Positions 26,710 through 36,907 of a DNA stretch of 64,000 nt are shown here, piece after piece. Below the pieces are notes generated by a model. It searched no databases. It was not told the origin of the DNA and saw only the letters and a program-made list of their open reading frames with translations. The translations under genes and the position numbers were made by a program. Numbering within the stretch: position 1 is the first letter of the stretch; each line of letters opens with the position of its first letter. Source of the stretch: a virus. The DNA lies in IMG/VR virus record IMGVR_UViG_3300046514_000338, positions 1-64,000 of that record; one strand, given 5' to 3'.

Positions 26710-27437
26710 GCGATAAGATTACCTTGGTGACGGTGAACTGGAACCAACAACCATGTGTTGAGTTGTTGCTAAAATCGTTTGTTGAGCATCATCATTCGCT
26801 TCGCCCGATACGGCTTTGCTTGGTTGACAACGGCTCTACGGATGGGTCAAAAGAATGGCTTAAGGAAAACGGAATACCGTTTATTGACCTCAAAGAAAAT
26901 ATAGGCCATGAGAATGCGCTGAACCATGTGTATAACGACATAAAAACTAGGTACGTGATACTAAACGATACCGATGTTGAATATCATAACAACGTATATG
27001 ATTACATTTGGGAACTTGGCGACAAACGAATCAGCGTTGGAGAACTTATTGACCAAAATCAAATGAATGGCATTCACATTAAAGATAGAATTTCGCCTTG
27101 GTTTTGGATTTTTGACATATACGCCATGCGCAATCGCGGCGTAAAATATTTCCGTGACCCGGCAGTTGGTGATTGGACATACGATGTGGGGTCTTGGCAT
27201 TGGGATAAAATGAAGGAAAATGGTTTTGAAAATCTTCCAATCAATCGCAAACATTGGAACCAAGATTCTGAAATTGTGAGTATGCCGTATGAGCGGTTTG
27301 ACCACATAGGAAAAGTATCTTGGGATTTGGATAACCACGGTGACCGATATTCAGAAGTAATGCGCAGGAGATATTACATAAAAGACAGGCTGAAAGATTA
27401 TGAGCACATTGACCTAAAAGGAAAATTTATACCATGA
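26706..27437 (+). CDS. GT2-family glycosyltransferase
   Basis: VTVNWN, VDNGSTDGS, NIGH..ALN and LNDTD. Confidence 0.8.
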   Translation: MSDKITLVTVNWNQQPCVELLLKSFVEHHHSLRPIRLCLVDNGSTDGSKEWLKENGIPFIDLKENIGHENALNHVYNDIKTRYVILNDTDVEYHNNVYDYIWELGDKRISVGELIDQNQMNGIHIKDRISPWFWIFDIYAMRNRGVKYFRDPAVGDWTYDVGSWHWDKMKENGFENLPINRKHWNQDSEIVSMPYERFDHIGKVSWDLDNHGDRYSEVMRRRYYIKDRLKDYEHIDLKGKFIP

Positions 27438-28174
27438 CACTAGGCGGCATATTAATGATAAGGGAGGGCGTAAAGTACGATTATTGTTTTGAAGAGGCCA
27501 TCGTATGCCTAAAGGAATTATGTGACGAAGTGGTTGTGCTTGCAATAGATGGTGACGACAACACCGTTGAAATTTGTAAGACATACGAAGACCAACACAC
27601 TATGGTCGTCGTCTTAGATTCTTTAGAATGGTACCGGCAAAAAGGGAAAGAGCGACTTTCGTATTTTCAAAACATTGCTAAATCGTTTTTGACCACCGAT
27701 TATTATTTTTTATTGCAGAGCGATGAAATTGTCCATGAATATTCGTTTCCCGATATAAGGAAAGCTATAGAGACCGGGAAAGAGGCATTCCCGGTTCACA
27801 GGATAAATCTTTGGAGAGACTGCAATAGTTATTTAAGTGTAGGGCAGCACAGGCAACCATGCAATACAAGCCCAATAAGACTTGCTAAAATAAAATACGA
27901 TTCTGTTGGCGATGGGGAGAGTATAGGTGCCGAAGGAGAATGGGGCTTGCAATATTATATAAAAATGTATCACTATGGCTTCGTAAGGAAAAGAGAGGTG
28001 ATGAAAGCAAAGGTGACCAATATGCAAGAAACGGTATTTGGTATAGACCACGACCCAAAACTTGACCAAAGCGAAGAATTTGATTGGCGATTGTGGTTTA
28101 GCGAAGAAGACCTAAAGCCTATTAGTGGCACTCACCCGAAATTTATCAAAGATTGGATTATCACACGACCTTAA
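27434..28174 (+). CDS. GT2-like glycosyltransferase
   Basis: CDEVVV...DDNT, LQSDE and YHYGFVR. Confidence 0.75.
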   Translation: MTLGGILMIREGVKYDYCFEEAIVCLKELCDEVVVLAIDGDDNTVEICKTYEDQHTMVVVLDSLEWYRQKGKERLSYFQNIAKSFLTTDYYFLLQSDEIVHEYSFPDIRKAIETGKEAFPVHRINLWRDCNSYLSVGQHRQPCNTSPIRLAKIKYDSVGDGESIGAEGEWGLQYYIKMYHYGFVRKREVMKAKVTNMQETVFGIDHDPKLDQSEEFDWRLWFSEEDLKPISGTHPKFIKDWIITRP

Positions 28175-28183
28175 TTATTAAAT

Positions 28184-29791
28184 ATGCAAAAGAAAATTTT
28201 ATTCGCAAAAGAAGCAAGAGAAAAATTAAAGAAAGGAGTTAACGTTATCGCTGACGCAGTATCGGTGACCCTTGGGGCTAGCGGCAAAAACGTTCTCATT
28301 GGGAACTCTTACACGCAGGATTATAATGTATTTCATTTAAAAACGAGAGTAACGAAAGACGGCGTTACTGTTGCGCGGGAGGTTAATTTGATTGACCCCG
28401 CCGAGCACCGTGGCGTGATGATGCTCCGGGAAGCCTCGGAAAAAACAATGAGCCATGCAGGAGATGGGACTACATCAACAATTGTGCTTGCGAGGGCTAT
28501 TGTTAACGAAGGGCTGGCATTAATTGAACGTGGCGCAAATTCTATGGAACTAAAAAGAGGTATTGATGCCGCCACTGAAGATGTGGTAGAGCAATTAAAG
28601 GCAATGGCTACTCCTATCGGGAATGACATTGAAAAGATACGGCAGATTGCTACCATAGCCGCCAACAACGACACCAACATAGGTAACCTTATTGCAGAAG
28701 CCTATGCAAAAATTGGTAGTGATGGAGTAATCAATATTGAAGAATCGCTTAGCGAAGTAACAGAAATAAAGGTTACTGAAGGAGTGAAGATTGATAGCGG
28801 ATGGATTGTACCACATTTCAACACCAATAATCCGAGACAAGAATGCGAACTAAATGACCCTATTATACTACTATACGAAAAATCAATAAGCAAAATAGCG
28901 CAGCTAAAACGAGTTGTTGAACATGCGGCATCAACTAGAAGACCGCTATTTATATGTTGCAATGATATGGATGGGGAAGCCCTTGCCTTTCTTATTGTAA
29001 ACACCAAGCCGATGAATGGCAAATTGCCGGCATTAAATGGGGCGTGTGTGATAAAAAACCCATCATTCGGCGCAGGCAGGATTGACGAAATGGAAGATTT
29101 GGCGGTATCAGTAGGAGCCACGTTTGTCTCTGACCTAAAAGGAATCGCTATTGAAAAAATGAGTCTTCAAAATCTAGGCGCGGCAAAAAAGATTATCATT
29201 TCCAAAGACCAAACCATCGTTATTGAAGGGGAGAAGGACGGAGATGTTTACGATGACCACATAAATAATCTAAAAATGAATCACGCCCAATCAGAAGGAG
29301 ACGACAAGGATAAACTAGAAAAGAGAATCGCAAAACTCACCGGCGGCATAGCGGTTATTTCAGTAGGCGGCGTAACAGAAGTTGAAATGAAGGAACGCAA
29401 AGACAGAGTTGATGACTCAATAAGGGCAACCAAGTCTGCTATTGCAGAGGGCTACCTTCCGGGAGCGGGAACTTCGCTTATAAGAGTTCATGAGCGGCCA
29501 TATTTTCAGGATTCAGATTTCGATAAAGGACGCATGGCTTTATTCTGCTCATTAAAATCTCCGCTTATACAGATATGTGAGAACGGCGGTGCTGATGCAG
29601 GCGATGTGTTTAGTAAAGTTGTAAATGCGGAAGGGAGTGTTGGATATAACGCCGTAACTGGGAAAGTCGAAGACTTAGTGACTTCTGGCGTTATTGACCC
29701 ACTAAAGGTGGTAAGAAACGCGCTTATTAATGCCGCATCGGTAGCCGGTATGATTATAACATCTGAGTGCTTAATCGTTGATGATTATTAA
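28184..29791 (+). CDS. groEL: chaperonin GroEL (phage-encoded)
   Basis: VTKDGVTVA, AGDGTTS, ERKDRVDD and GVIDPLKV; lacks the GGM tail. Confidence 0.97.
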   Translation: MQKKILFAKEAREKLKKGVNVIADAVSVTLGASGKNVLIGNSYTQDYNVFHLKTRVTKDGVTVAREVNLIDPAEHRGVMMLREASEKTMSHAGDGTTSTIVLARAIVNEGLALIERGANSMELKRGIDAATEDVVEQLKAMATPIGNDIEKIRQIATIAANNDTNIGNLIAEAYAKIGSDGVINIEESLSEVTEIKVTEGVKIDSGWIVPHFNTNNPRQECELNDPIILLYEKSISKIAQLKRVVEHAASTRRPLFICCNDMDGEALAFLIVNTKPMNGKLPALNGACVIKNPSFGAGRIDEMEDLAVSVGATFVSDLKGIAIEKMSLQNLGAAKKIIISKDQTIVIEGEKDGDVYDDHINNLKMNHAQSEGDDKDKLEKRIAKLTGGIAVISVGGVTEVEMKERKDRVDDSIRATKSAIAEGYLPGAGTSLIRVHERPYFQDSDFDKGRMALFCSLKSPLIQICENGGADAGDVFSKVVNAEGSVGYNAVTGKVEDLVTSGVIDPLKVVRNALINAASVAGMIITSECLIVDDY

Positions 29792-29793
29792 TT

Positions 29794-30072
29794 ATGATTG
29801 AAACATTACAGGCAGTAAACACATTCGTTTTGATTGTTCGTGACGAAGAACAGTCGGAGATTGGCGGCCTCATCCTCCCAGACCAAGCCCAAGTAAGACC
29901 CGCTACCGGTAAAATTATTTCCGTTGGCGATAAAGTGACTGACAAAAACATTGAGGTTGGTAAAACAGGTGTATGGAATAAAAATGTAGGGTGGGAAATT
30001 GAGATAGGCGAACAATCACTAACCGTTATCTACGCCGGGGAAAAAGATTCACAACTAATCGCCGTATTCTGA
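29794..30072 (+). CDS. groES: co-chaperonin GroES
   Basis: GGLILPD mobile loop and GKIISVG; adjacent to groEL. Confidence 0.85.
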   Translation: MIETLQAVNTFVLIVRDEEQSEIGGLILPDQAQVRPATGKIISVGDKVTDKNIEVGKTGVWNKNVGWEIEIGEQSLTVIYAGEKDSQLIAVF

Positions 30073-30611
30073 TGCAGTCTGTTTGCGAAAAAATATTGGT
30101 GCAAGTTAATATGGAGCAAAAAGAATTTGCTGATATTGGGGGTATTCCGTGTTTCCTTGCCACAAGCTATAACCCAAATCACAGGGAAAAGAACCCGGTA
30201 TTAGCATTAGTGCTTCAAGGGAACGATGAGATTCCCGGTGGCTCACTCATCGTAACACACCACAATTATTTTATCGAATACTCTCCCTTTGAGGTGGCTG
30301 ATGGAATATTTTCTATCCCATACACAGAAAATATCTTTGCGGTTATAGATAAAGACGGCAACCCAACTCCGGTATGTGGCAATATTATAGCAGAACGAAT
30401 ACAGGAGAATGAGTATATCGGCATGGCAAACCCAAAGCGACTTCACTTTCATGACCGCGCAAAAGTGGTATCTGATGCCTGCGGTTTTAAGACCGGGGAT
30501 GAGATATTGATGCTCCCGTTTAGCGACTATGAAATAGTGTACAATTGGCGTGGTATTGAGCGTAGCGTTATTCGGGTCTATTCAAAAAATATAGTAGCTG
30601 TTGTGAAGTAG
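30072..30611 (+). CDS. putative tandem GroES-like-fold protein
   Basis: Two beta-rich halves, each with a V..D..(F/I)..G(D/S) type segment and ending NI(F/V)AV. Confidence 0.45.
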   Translation: MQSVCEKILVQVNMEQKEFADIGGIPCFLATSYNPNHREKNPVLALVLQGNDEIPGGSLIVTHHNYFIEYSPFEVADGIFSIPYTENIFAVIDKDGNPTPVCGNIIAERIQENEYIGMANPKRLHFHDRAKVVSDACGFKTGDEILMLPFSDYEIVYNWRGIERSVIRVYSKNIVAVVK

Positions 30612-30651
30612 CTAAAAAAGTGTATTTTTATTAAAAAATATCTAATATCCG

Positions 30652-33159
30652 ATGGCCGCCCCAACCGCAACTCAGAGCCAGCAGGACAATCCGCCGGCAA
30701 AATTCAACGATGTACTCCTTCAACTGGATTTTGACGACCCGCGACAATTAACCAAAAAAGAAACGGGACAAAAAATTGCAGAGGCAATTTTTACTAATCA
30801 AACTAGCAACACGCATAGCCTTAATTTTTTTGTCGCAAGGGCAGCCCGCTTCCTGACATTAGAGCATTGGTCGAATGGTACGCAGGATATGACAGAGTTC
30901 TTAGACTTCTTCAATGTGTCTGATGGTAACAAAGCATATCTTAAAATAGATATGTCACCTGTGATGGTAGGACCACAATTCGTCGGGACACTTGTGGATT
31001 CTATGTGCAAAACAGAGGAATACCCTTGCGTGAAAGCCGTGGATGAAGATAGCTTGGCCGAAAAACAAAAACGAAAACATGATGCGCTTTTTAGAATGCA
31101 CGAAGTTGAAACAATAGATGCGGTGCAACAACAGTCGGGGATGCAACTAGAGCCTACCAACGCATATGTCCCAGATGACGAACTAGCAGCAGAAGTCTAT
31201 TTTTCTCTACAAGACCAACTACCAAAAGAAATAAACTTTGAAGAATATCTTACCCGCGCACTATTATATAATCAATACGACAGAGTGTTGAAGCCAAAGT
31301 TTATTCGCGACCTCATCGTAAATAACATCGAATGCAATAAGATAGAGCGTGATATTTACGGCAAAAGAACTATAAGGAGGGTTGTTCCCAAAAACCTTAT
31401 GTACAATTACTTCATAGGTGATACTGGCAGACTCGAACTTCGTTATATAGGTGATGTATATAACATGAAAATTTGCGACATAAGAATTAAGTACGGAAGG
31501 TCAGACAACAGGCCGGATGGACTTACCGAACTTGACCTATATAACCTTGCAAAATTTTCAACAGGGAATAACACCGGCATTGGATTTGCCTACCCGTGGC
31601 AACCTCAATATATGGTCTATGATAATCGTCGCCCTTGGGATGATAATAGTGTTTATATTTTCGACTTCGAGTACCGGGCAAATGAAACAGAGTATTATAC
31701 AAATCGCGTTGATAGATTTGGCAAAGAGAACATTACTCCAAAAAAAGGTAAGCCAGAGCCTACAGGAGATAAGACGAAAGTGTTATCAAAAGAAAAGGTG
31801 CGCTGGTATAACGGCATCTACGCTCCATATGCCAAGATAATTATATACTGGGGACTGCCTGACCTAGTAATTTTCCCATATACTGATGTATATATGGGAT
31901 TATCAAACTACACCATTAATATCCCGTTCAATAATGGCGAGTATGTGCCTGCTTTATTTGAAAGAGCAATGGAGCCATTAAAGGAGTATGCGCTCACGAA
32001 ACTTAAACGCAAGCAACTTATATCAAAACTTCGTCCATCCGGTATAAGGATTGACGTTGAAAGCGCCAGAAATATTGACCTTGGGAACGGTAATACTATA
32101 TCATGGGAAGAAATAGTTAGGATATATGACCAGACCGGGAACGAACTATGGAGCAGCCTAGGAATAAACCCAAATGAACGGCAAATGCCCGCTCTTACCG
32201 CAACGGCGGTTGATGACACTATTATGAAGGTTGTGCAACTCACAAATGTTTTGCAAGCAAACATAATGGATATACGCTCATTATTGGGTGTTCCACTTTA
32301 CCGTGATGGTAGTGATTTACCAGAGAGAACATCGGGGAAACAAGCAGAACTTCAAAACGCCTCTTCATTCAATGTGACTAGCTTCATTGAAAATGCCCAT
32401 AATCAGTTTATGAGCGAAACATTGTATAAATTATGTTTGCTCGAATGGCAGGAAATAGTAACCACTAAGCCCGATTCTGCGCAAGACCTAATCAATACAA
32501 AGTTTGACGTATCTGTGAAAATGAAAATGACAGAATATGAAAAACAGTTAATGCAGCAGCGCATTCAAACGGCGATGCAGACAATAGACCAAGATACCGG
32601 GAAGCCGCTCATTTCGTTTAAAGACGCTTTCATGGTTGAACAAATCGACAACTTCAAACTCGCTTACAATTTTTTAGCCAACACAATAGCAGACAATGAA
32701 CGAAAGGCAGAGATGGGCAGACAACAAAGGGAGCAAGCTAATGCAGATGCTCAACAGCAGACCGCTGCGCAATCGGCTGATGCTGAAAAGCAAATGCAGG
32801 CGGATAAAAATGAGGCAGAAAAAGATTTACTAGATTTTAAATCTACTAAGGATAAAGAATTAAAGGCTCTTGAAATTGCAGGGATGGTCGCCGCAAAAGG
32901 TCTTCCGTTACCCGATTTTATGCAGGCGATGATAAGTCAGTTAGTCCCGAACATAACTATCCCGCTAGCCCAAGAGAATAAGCAGATGGCGCAGGCGATT
33001 CAGGCGCAGGCAGCGGCAGAGCAGCAACAGGCTATACAGGAACAAGCAATGCAGCAACAAGGACAGCAGCCGGGGCAGCCGCAACAACAGGATATGCAGC
33101 CGCAACAAGGTAACCCGCAAATGCAAAATCAGCAACAGCCGCAAATGGCAATGGCGTAA
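30652..33159 (+). CDS. portal protein (crAss-like/podovirus type)
   Basis: 835 aa, largely helical, Q-rich tail; position next to the terminase. Confidence 0.8.
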   Translation: MAAPTATQSQQDNPPAKFNDVLLQLDFDDPRQLTKKETGQKIAEAIFTNQTSNTHSLNFFVARAARFLTLEHWSNGTQDMTEFLDFFNVSDGNKAYLKIDMSPVMVGPQFVGTLVDSMCKTEEYPCVKAVDEDSLAEKQKRKHDALFRMHEVETIDAVQQQSGMQLEPTNAYVPDDELAAEVYFSLQDQLPKEINFEEYLTRALLYNQYDRVLKPKFIRDLIVNNIECNKIERDIYGKRTIRRVVPKNLMYNYFIGDTGRLELRYIGDVYNMKICDIRIKYGRSDNRPDGLTELDLYNLAKFSTGNNTGIGFAYPWQPQYMVYDNRRPWDDNSVYIFDFEYRANETEYYTNRVDRFGKENITPKKGKPEPTGDKTKVLSKEKVRWYNGIYAPYAKIIIYWGLPDLVIFPYTDVYMGLSNYTINIPFNNGEYVPALFERAMEPLKEYALTKLKRKQLISKLRPSGIRIDVESARNIDLGNGNTISWEEIVRIYDQTGNELWSSLGINPNERQMPALTATAVDDTIMKVVQLTNVLQANIMDIRSLLGVPLYRDGSDLPERTSGKQAELQNASSFNVTSFIENAHNQFMSETLYKLCLLEWQEIVTTKPDSAQDLINTKFDVSVKMKMTEYEKQLMQQRIQTAMQTIDQDTGKPLISFKDAFMVEQIDNFKLAYNFLANTIADNERKAEMGRQQREQANADAQQQTAAQSADAEKQMQADKNEAEKDLLDFKSTKDKELKALEIAGMVAAKGLPLPDFMQAMISQLVPNITIPLAQENKQMAQAIQAQAAAEQQQAIQEQAMQQQGQQPGQPQQQDMQPQQGNPQMQNQQQPQMAMA

Positions 33160-33164
33160 ATAAA

Positions 33165-33308
33165 ATGTATAGGGGAATGTCCAATGAATACTTTGAAGGT
33201 TGTGGTGAGATATTTTTTGTCATCGAATATTTGCGGTGTAAAAATGTTTGTGTAATATTTATTGACCATGAAGCATACGGGGAAGTGTTCCCAATCATCC
33301 TAAACTAA
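33165..33308 (+). CDS. small hypothetical protein (47 aa)
   Basis: Manual ORF filling the gap after the portal gene. Confidence 0.35.
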   Translation: MYRGMSNEYFEGCGEIFFVIEYLRCKNVCVIFIDHEAYGEVFPIILN

Positions 33309-33316
33309 AAATAATC

Positions 33317-33517
33317 ATGAAAGTAAGACTTAAAAAAACCGCTCCCGGTCAGAAAACTATAACCTTCAACAAAGGCGGCTTGCATGAATCAACCGGAACG
33401 CCACAGGGTCAGCCTATTCCTGCCGCGAAAAAAGAAGAAGCACTCGAAGGAGAACTTGGTAAGAAAGCCAAAATGCAAGCATTGTTCGCCCGTAATGTCC
33501 TTACCGGAAAGAAATAA
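33317..33517 (+). CDS. small basic phage protein
   Basis: KGGLHESTGTPQGQPIPAAK motif; coupled to the terminase start. Confidence 0.65.
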   Translation: MKVRLKKTAPGQKTITFNKGGLHESTGTPQGQPIPAAKKEEALEGELGKKAKMQALFARNVLTGKK

Positions 33518-35607
33518 TGGCCTGCCAAGAGATACAGGGGATTAATGTTTTCTGGCGAGACCTGCGCGATGGCGAAAGCATTTTGTATGAAAACCTTTCC
33601 CGCGAGGAACAATTTTTCCGCCGCGTGGAATCGCCATTTACAGAAGACGAACTAGATGACCTAGTTGAAATATCCTATGATGAACGCTCCAAGCATTACA
33701 CTCCAAAACAAAAAGATTGGGTAGATAGAGAAGAAAAGCGCATGACCTACGGCGAAGGTGTGTATGCGTATATTAACGGCATCCTGACATACATTCCCGC
33801 ATCATATTGGGGATATATAAATCATTGGACACTTGAACATGGCGAAAAGCCTGACTACCGTGAGGCCGACAGAAGATTTTTTGTATTCATGGAGTATATA
33901 TGCTTCGAGACAGAGGTGCTAGGTATAACAAGAGGGAAAGGTAGAAGACAGGGTGCCACATCGCTAGGTTACTATTGGCAGTGGTGGATATGCGGGAGAG
34001 AGAAAGATAAAATTGGCGGCTCAATTTCCTATAACGATGAAATCGCCCAAAAGAATTTTAAGGGAATGTTTATGCGCGGCTTCAGGGAGATGCTTACTTG
34101 TTTTTTGAGGGACTTCGATAGCGCCGGAGAAAATTTCGTCAGCTTCAGAAAAAAGTCACCAACAGGAACAAAGAAAGGAGTGATGCGGAAAAGACAGGGG
34201 CTTAATAGCTTCGTTGATTATCTTTCAAACTCAGTGAATAGCTATGATGGCGGGAGAGTATCGTTTTTACTTCCCGACGAAACAGGTAAGTATGCTAAGA
34301 TGAACATTAATACCTATTGGTCAAAAGTGTCCCCAACACTTAAGATAGGTAGAAAAAAAGTAGGGTTTGCTTACATGCCAACCACGGTTAATCCAAAAAA
34401 ATTAGGTGGAGAAAATTTCAGGCAATTTTGGAATGATGCCAACCAATTCGCGGTTAACCCAAATACAAAAGAACCTTACGGCCTGAATACGCCGCATAAG
34501 GTCATTCGATATTTTGTCCCCGCTACTGAGGGGTATGTTGGGTGTATAGATAAGTTTGGCGCTTCTGTGATAGAAGACCCAGTGGAACCAATCATGGGCA
34601 ATGACGGAGAGTGGATTACCGAAGGGTCTCGCTCGGTAATATTAAGGGACAGGGCACCGAAAAAAGACGATCAGTTGATGGAGCATAGACGAGATTTCCC
34701 GCTTACAGAGTTAGAGATGTTTGCCTTTGAGATGGGAGTGTGCGAGTTTGATTATGACAGGTTGTATGAGCAACTAACAACACTTGAATCAGAGCCTCCA
34801 TATTTAAGACGGGTAAGATTAATTGAGCACAACGAGGTTACAAAGGCCGTTATCCCTAACGGGAAGGATAGAAAAAAAAGATGGGTGTCATTCATGGACG
34901 ACGATGCGGGTAATTGGCTTATTTTAGAAGCACCGTCAACCCCAAATAAATTCGACTATTTTGGTGATGTTATTTCCCCAAGGAATACGCATGAGTACGC
35001 TGCGGGTGTAGATACATTCAGAATTGGATTTGCCGAAGATGGCTCCAAAGGAACGATTTGTATTTTCAAAAAATCACGAAAGGTAAATGGCGTTGAAGAG
35101 GGGAATTACCCAGTAGCATTATATGTTGGTCGCCCTCGGCTGATACAATTTTTATACGACGAAGTGATAAAAGTTTGCATGTGGTACGGCTGCAAAGTAA
35201 ATTTTGAGATAAGCGCAGGTGACTTTTTCTACGGCTACTTTTACGAAAAACATTGCAGCAATCTTTTGTACTGGACTCCCGCTCTTGACCCAAACAAACC
35301 TCACCCAAAGTTAAAACCCGGAACAGAAAGCGCATCTCCTTTTGAACTAGCGGCTCAACTTGAAGCAGCTAAGATATTTTTTGATGGTAACGACCCGGTA
35401 AGCTACAATGGACATTGCCACAGAGTTAAATTTCCAACGTTAATCAGGCAGGCTATGGAGTATGACCATTCGGCTAGAACACCCTATGATGAAATGATTT
35501 CTTTAATGATGGCGCTGTTGCCCGTACTGAAGCCAAGGTCATTTGATAAACCTCAAACAAAACCAATAAAACTGCTACCAACGTATAAGATAAAAAAGTA
35601 TGCGTAA
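33517..35607 (+). CDS. terminase large subunit
   Basis: KGRRQGAT Walker A-like, LPDETGK Walker B, AGVD nuclease motif, C-terminal YDEMIS. Confidence 0.88.
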   Translation: MACQEIQGINVFWRDLRDGESILYENLSREEQFFRRVESPFTEDELDDLVEISYDERSKHYTPKQKDWVDREEKRMTYGEGVYAYINGILTYIPASYWGYINHWTLEHGEKPDYREADRRFFVFMEYICFETEVLGITRGKGRRQGATSLGYYWQWWICGREKDKIGGSISYNDEIAQKNFKGMFMRGFREMLTCFLRDFDSAGENFVSFRKKSPTGTKKGVMRKRQGLNSFVDYLSNSVNSYDGGRVSFLLPDETGKYAKMNINTYWSKVSPTLKIGRKKVGFAYMPTTVNPKKLGGENFRQFWNDANQFAVNPNTKEPYGLNTPHKVIRYFVPATEGYVGCIDKFGASVIEDPVEPIMGNDGEWITEGSRSVILRDRAPKKDDQLMEHRRDFPLTELEMFAFEMGVCEFDYDRLYEQLTTLESEPPYLRRVRLIEHNEVTKAVIPNGKDRKKRWVSFMDDDAGNWLILEAPSTPNKFDYFGDVISPRNTHEYAAGVDTFRIGFAEDGSKGTICIFKKSRKVNGVEEGNYPVALYVGRPRLIQFLYDEVIKVCMWYGCKVNFEISAGDFFYGYFYEKHCSNLLYWTPALDPNKPHPKLKPGTESASPFELAAQLEAAKIFFDGNDPVSYNGHCHRVKFPTLIRQAMEYDHSARTPYDEMISLMMALLPVLKPRSFDKPQTKPIKLLPTYKIKKYA

Positions 35608-35613
35608 AAAAAT

Positions 35614-35646
35614 TTTGAAGATTTCTAATAAAAAGATATAATTTTA
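35614..35646 (+). promoter_or_regulatory. promoter for the scaffold/capsid genes
   Basis: TTTG-N21-TAATTTTA. Confidence 0.5.
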
Positions 35647-35665
35647 CGAAAACGTCAATATCATT

Positions 35666-36862
35666 ATGGCCGAAACCGCTGAAGTTGTTCAGGAACCAAC
35701 GCAAGAACAATTAGTCGCAAAGCAGGAATTTGAGAATCACATGGCGATGGCTTTTAACGAGCCACTAAAAACACCGCCTACTGCAACGGCAACCGCTGCC
35801 GATACTTCAGTTACGCAAACACCCGCTGCCGGCTCAGCAGCAGTAACTCCCGGCGATGATACAGAAGTTTTAGACTATGAGGCCGCTCTTAAAAATGATT
35901 TTGGTTGGGAATCTACAGAGCAAGCACTAGCTGAAATAACAGAACTACGCGCATTAAAAGAAAAACCACAAACACCTGAAATTGCTTGGGCTGATGACCA
36001 AAGCAAACAGATACACGAACTCATCCGTCAGGGCAAAAGAAAAGAGGTTCGTGAGTTCCTAGAAACACAGGAACGACTCGAAGCGTTTACCACAGGTGAC
36101 GTTACAAAAGATAATGCTCCCGAAATTATTAAACTAGGTATGAAACTTGGGAACAAGTTGCTTACTGATGACGAAATACACTTTCAATATAAGCAGGACT
36201 ACGGAGTGCCGAAAGAACCTGTGCAGAAAGCGATAGAGGAAGATGATGATTTTGCAGAGCGTCACCAAGAGTGGAAGGACAGGGTTGCCGCTATTGAGAT
36301 GAAGAAAATTGTGGCCGCTAAAATGGCCGTTCCGCAATTACAATCACTTAAATCAAAAATTGAACTACCAGAAATTATATCGCCGAAAGATGACCGACAA
36401 AAGGAATTTGAAGCCATTGAAGCAAGTAATGCACAGGCTTTGGAAGCCTATAACAAAGTTATCGCACCGGCCATTAATTCTCTTAAGGAATCTGACCTTA
36501 AGTTCACTGTAAAAGTTGATGACCCCAATAATAAGATGCAATTTGAAGTTTCGGTTGCACCTGAATCGGACGACTTCAACTTAGTGAAACAAGAATCCCT
36601 TGACACATTCGGGTGGCTGAATAAAATCGCATTCGATGAAAAGGGGAATTTTTTACCGCAACGACTCAACCGCGCAATCCTTCTCGAAAAGAACTTTGAC
36701 AAGTTTGCCCAAAGTATCGCCCGACAAGCGGTTAATGCTGAAAGAGCAAGATTAGTTGCAGCCAATTCAAATCAAAAAGGAAACGGGATGCGTGATTTTA
36801 ACGTAACCCCGCAAGAAAAGAGTGAATTGGCATCGCAGATGGAAAGAGCAATGTCTGTGTAG
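35666..36862 (+). CDS. scaffolding-like protein
   Basis: Acidic and helical; directly upstream of the capsid gene. Confidence 0.6.
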   Translation: MAETAEVVQEPTQEQLVAKQEFENHMAMAFNEPLKTPPTATATAADTSVTQTPAAGSAAVTPGDDTEVLDYEAALKNDFGWESTEQALAEITELRALKEKPQTPEIAWADDQSKQIHELIRQGKRKEVREFLETQERLEAFTTGDVTKDNAPEIIKLGMKLGNKLLTDDEIHFQYKQDYGVPKEPVQKAIEEDDDFAERHQEWKDRVAAIEMKKIVAAKMAVPQLQSLKSKIELPEIISPKDDRQKEFEAIEASNAQALEAYNKVIAPAINSLKESDLKFTVKVDDPNNKMQFEVSVAPESDDFNLVKQESLDTFGWLNKIAFDEKGNFLPQRLNRAILLEKNFDKFAQSIARQAVNAERARLVAANSNQKGNGMRDFNVTPQEKSELASQMERAMSV

Positions 36863-36907
36863 GGCAATAAGTGGTATTAATTAATTTATTTAAACATTTA
36901 ATCCATC

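Noticed and set aside
28184-30072. Host chromosomal groESL marking a prophage boundary
   Set aside because: Divergent sequence, reversed order and tight embedding between phage genes
32990-33156. CAG/CAA-rich tract as a separate repeat element
   Set aside because: It encodes the Gln-rich portal tail, which is common in such portals
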